Part shown: piece after piece, positions 62,984 to 64,000 of the stretch
Layout: every line of letters starts with the position of its first letter
Position numbering within the stretch: position 1 is the first letter of the stretch
Assembly (NCBI GenBank): GCA_051294905.1
Contig: CM119378.1
Span: forward strand, 744,001 to 808,000
Reading direction: 5' to 3'
DNA length: 64,000 nt
Source: Botryllus schlosseri
Lineage: Eukaryota
Position numbers and translations under genes: made by a program
Notes under the pieces: generated by a model
Database searches by the model: none
What the model saw: only the letters and a program-made list of their open reading frames with translations
Told to the model about the DNA's origin: nothing

Positions 62984-63592
62984 TCGCTATCTTGATAACA
63001 GAGTTACTACACTGATCATTGAGTGACAATCCTGAAAGTTACTGCGAAGTTGGATAACACAACCGACCACTGTGACGTCACTCAACGTCACCTGATCCTT
63101 CGCTCCCGAACGTCCGAACGAACTTTGTCGAAACCACCGAACCTGGACCCGATCGCGGTCGCGTTAGTTGTGATCATATCAGTCGCGTGTTGGTTGTTCA
63201 GATCTATGTGTTTGAAGATAGATGAGAAGTAGAACTGATTTTAAAAATGTGGATTGCTTCATCGCTTGGTCGTATAACTGCGCGTTCGCAGTTCGTATCA
63301 ATTCATAGCTTGCATGTATGTACTGACTAGGCGCCTGACAGCTATATGCTCGAGATTGGAAGGATGATTGATTGGTAGTGATTGAAATCAGAGATATCGG
63401 ATACGGTTGCACGACATTTGAGCATATGCCACATCATGATAAATCTCAATTGAGCACGCGGTAATTGATCAGGCGCCGGGTGTCTGATTCCCAAAACTAC
63501 TCGTTTCGATTTTAACCCGCATGCCCAAATGTCGCGTGCCATTGTGTCGCACCTTCAATTGCTCATATGTCTACGGGACAATCGCAGACAAG

Positions 63593-63651
63593 ATGCAACT
63601 TCGATTCTTTGCGATTGTAATTGAAATCTCGTTCCTTCTGATATTTCCAAG
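63593..63651 (+). CDS. Possible first coding exon (signal-peptide-like) of a gene extending beyond the window
   Basis: ATG...MQLRFFAIVIEISFLLIFP followed by a strong AG|GTAAG donor, after about 600 nt of unique CpG-rich sequence. Confidence 0.35.
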
Positions 63652-64000
63652 GTAAGATGATAATAATGAACGATCATGGAAAATTTAGATACGCCATGAG
63701 AATCAGTTGTCAGCAACCTGTGGTTCGCAAACCGTGCACAGTGGTCCGCGTGTACTTGTGGTGCAAGTCAAGTGAATTCTCAGAATTAGAGTGGTCAAGG
63801 GTCAGGATCACTGATATAAAAAATATTGAAGCATATCTTTTTAATCGAAACATCTGTGTTAATGCTTACTGTACGTACATTATAGCATAATAATTTATAG
63901 AGCGCCGAATACAACAATATATCATTACTACACTACAGCACCGTACTTGTTCTACACAAGAGACAAACTTGTTGTATTTACTGTCAGACCGATGAGACAC

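Overview
Eukaryotic (invertebrate animal) genomic DNA, spliced and very rich in transposons. The many 54-70 nt introns and an operon-like gene pair suggest a tunicate, but that assignment is inference only. Genes reconstructed by hand: (1) two tandem minus-strand paralogues of an unrecognised secreted-type protein (signal peptide, FN3-like domain with a Cys-rich insert, second FN3-like domain, EGF-like domain) with identical exon sizes including a 19-nt micro-exon; copy B (24241-28807) is complete at 382 aa, while copy A (2091-9670) has no last exon inside the window; (2) a 9-exon choline/ethanolamine phosphotransferase, CEPT1/CHPT1 family (35725-44304, +); (3) VTA1 (2 coding exons, -); (4) intronless NUDCD1 and LTO1 only 222 nt apart (-); (5) a possible signal-peptide first exon at the right edge. 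Most of the remainder is nested non-autonomous hAT-type elements with 8-bp target-site duplications (TSDs), tRNA-derived SINEs, 3' ends of CR1/L2-group LINEs, and hAT and pogo transposase remnants. Most unusual signals: 31-46 bp palindromes bracketed by perfect 7-8 bp direct repeats that look like P-element-type excision scars; minimal hammerhead-ribozyme-like motifs in CEPT introns; the LTO1-NUDCD1 bicistron/operon candidate; and a probable gene-conversion patch between the paralogues.
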